DNA of 64,000 bases from Opitutales bacterium (GTDB lineage Bacteria; Verrucomicrobiota; Verrucomicrobiia; Opitutales; UBA9783), in assembly GCA_046881885.1 (NCBI GenBank), contig JBKSMP010000003.1, forward strand, positions 662-64,661, given 5' to 3'. Each line of letters opens with the position of its first letter. Position 1 is the first letter of the stretch. Shown piece by piece: positions 63,022-64,000 of this stretch. The notes under the pieces are model-generated. The model made no database searches. It had not been told where the DNA came from and was given only the letters and a program-made list of their open reading frames with translations. The translations under genes and the position numbers were made by a program.

Positions 63022-64000
63022 TTAGGCGTTTATGTTTTCAAAGATTTTTCTTAGAGCTTCCCCAAGCTTTTGGGAAGCAAATTCTTTTGAATCTAGAATT
63101 TCATTAGTAGAATAATCCTTAAATGCATCTTCTTCATTTTCTGAGGTTTTATTTTGACCTGCATGATCACTGACGGATCGTATGCAAAGACAAGGAATAT
63201 TTCTTTTGAGACAAATATCCATTAGAGCAAAATCCTCCATGTCAAAAATATGTGGTAATTGATTGAGCGAATCTTTATCATTAAAATGCTCTATCATTTC
63301 CATGCAAAAATGTGCATTATCAATGAAACTTCCGCTTGTAAAATTAATACAATCGTAAGCTTCGTCTAATAGATTTGCGATTTTATTTCGAATTTCAACA
63401 ATGGTTTCATTTAAACTAATGTAAGACCCATCTTGAGGTAAATTGAAATGACCAAGACTAGCTATATTTAATTTATCCTTTCTTAAGAGGGGGATATTTT
63501 CTTTTTTGGAAAAGTTACATACAGAAAATGAATCTAGGAAATAGAAACAACTGGGGATCATAATACTACCGATTTCTATAGAATTATCGGAACATCCGCA
63601 AATACCACTTACGATGATCAATTCTAAATGATTACCTAATAAGGCCATTGCATTTCCTAGAGTGAACGAAATAGCATCTTGTCGCCTCCCGCATTCAATA
63701 ACGCAGATAATATTATTGTCGATATTAAAGAATTCAACCCCACCTTGTTCAAAAGATAGTTGTTTGCGCAAACTTTTGAGAGATAGCTTTTTAGAAACAT
63801 TATTTAATTTTACCAAACCTTTATTACACCTATAAGGCTTAAGATTTTCTATAACCTTTTTATATTCATATTCTCTGGGACAAACGCATAAAAACTTAAC
63901 AGACGGATAAATTTGTGGATGAAAATCTTGAGTTGTGGAAGTGGCATCTTTTGTTTTGGAAACAAAATTTTTATTGGGATTATGTGGATGTCCATAGTTC
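63022..64000 (-). CDS. PNP_UDP_1 (MtnN/Pfs-like nucleosidase) domain at the C-terminus of a larger protein; the 5' end runs off the right edge
   Basis: The frame stays open from 63816 up to 64000 (NYGHPHNPNKNF...VKFLCVCPREYEYKKV...), so the track's TTG start at 63816 is internal. Motifs IIVSGICGC, FDMEDFALMDIC and CIRSVSDHAG. Confidence 0.7.
   Translation of the reverse strand, partial: NYGHPHNPNKNFVSKTKDATSTTQDFHPQIYPSVKFLCVCPREYEYKKVIENLKPYRCNKGLVKLNNVSKKLSLKSLRKQLSFEQGGVEFFNIDNNIICVIECGRRQDAISFTLGNAMALLGNHLELIIVSGICGCSDNSIEIGSIMIPSCFYFLDSFSVCNFSKKENIPLLRKDKLNIASLGHFNLPQDGSYISLNETIVEIRNKIANLLDEAYDCINFTSGSFIDNAHFCMEMIEHFNDKDSLNQLPHIFDMEDFALMDICLKRNIPCLCIRSVSDHAGQNKTSENEEDAFKDYSTNEILDSKEFASQKLGEALRKIFENINA

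Overview
This is a 64-kb window from a low-GC diderm bacterium that makes LPS. I cannot place it taxonomically from the sequence alone. Weak Shine-Dalgarno signals, an lpxC-fabZ fusion, a sigma-28 gene with no flagellar genes nearby, PPi-type glycolytic enzymes and many AT-rich secreted orphans hint at a PVC/Bacteroidota-like or host-associated lineage (low confidence). Most of the window is housekeeping backbone: tRNA-Leu-serS, pyrG, ndk, hpf, the tightly packed minus-strand run M48-HIT-lpxC/fabZ-lpxA-rlmD-like-lptF/G-dnaG-rpoD, xseB, heptose genes hldA/gmhB, oppBC-like permeases, thrS, dapF-mreDCB, a Kef-like antiporter, infC, an amidase, ppdK, xseA, pilT-clpP-obg, ymdB, sigma-28, degT-like, gap and pfp. 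AT-rich accessory patches sit between these: decayed IS30- and IS5-like transposase genes, each beside a tRNA; an Rpn-type PD-(D/E)XK gene; and several orphan secreted or hypothetical genes. I saw no rRNA, CRISPR array or intact prophage. The most interesting signals are as follows. (1) A three-member paralog family of SSS-type transporters. Two members carry a second 6-TM block plus a histidine kinase, with no PAS, STAC or REC domain. One fused copy sits directly behind a transporter-only copy, and the similarity between copies is mosaic. (2) An MtnN-like nucleosidase (PNP_UDP) domain with an intact catalytic triad at the C-terminus of a larger AT-rich ORF cut by the right edge, which could be a signalling or defence effector. 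(3) A multi-hairpin palindromic element of about 125 nt, present twice: inside the IS30 relic and as the ppdK terminator. (4) Tandem paralogous secreted orphans flanked by peptidoglycan-remodelling enzymes. (5) An atypical receiver-domain protein translationally linked to ndk. (6) A 33-aa bS22/AURKAIP1-like basic ORF that the ORF track missed. All functional calls come from reading motifs by eye; no database search was run.
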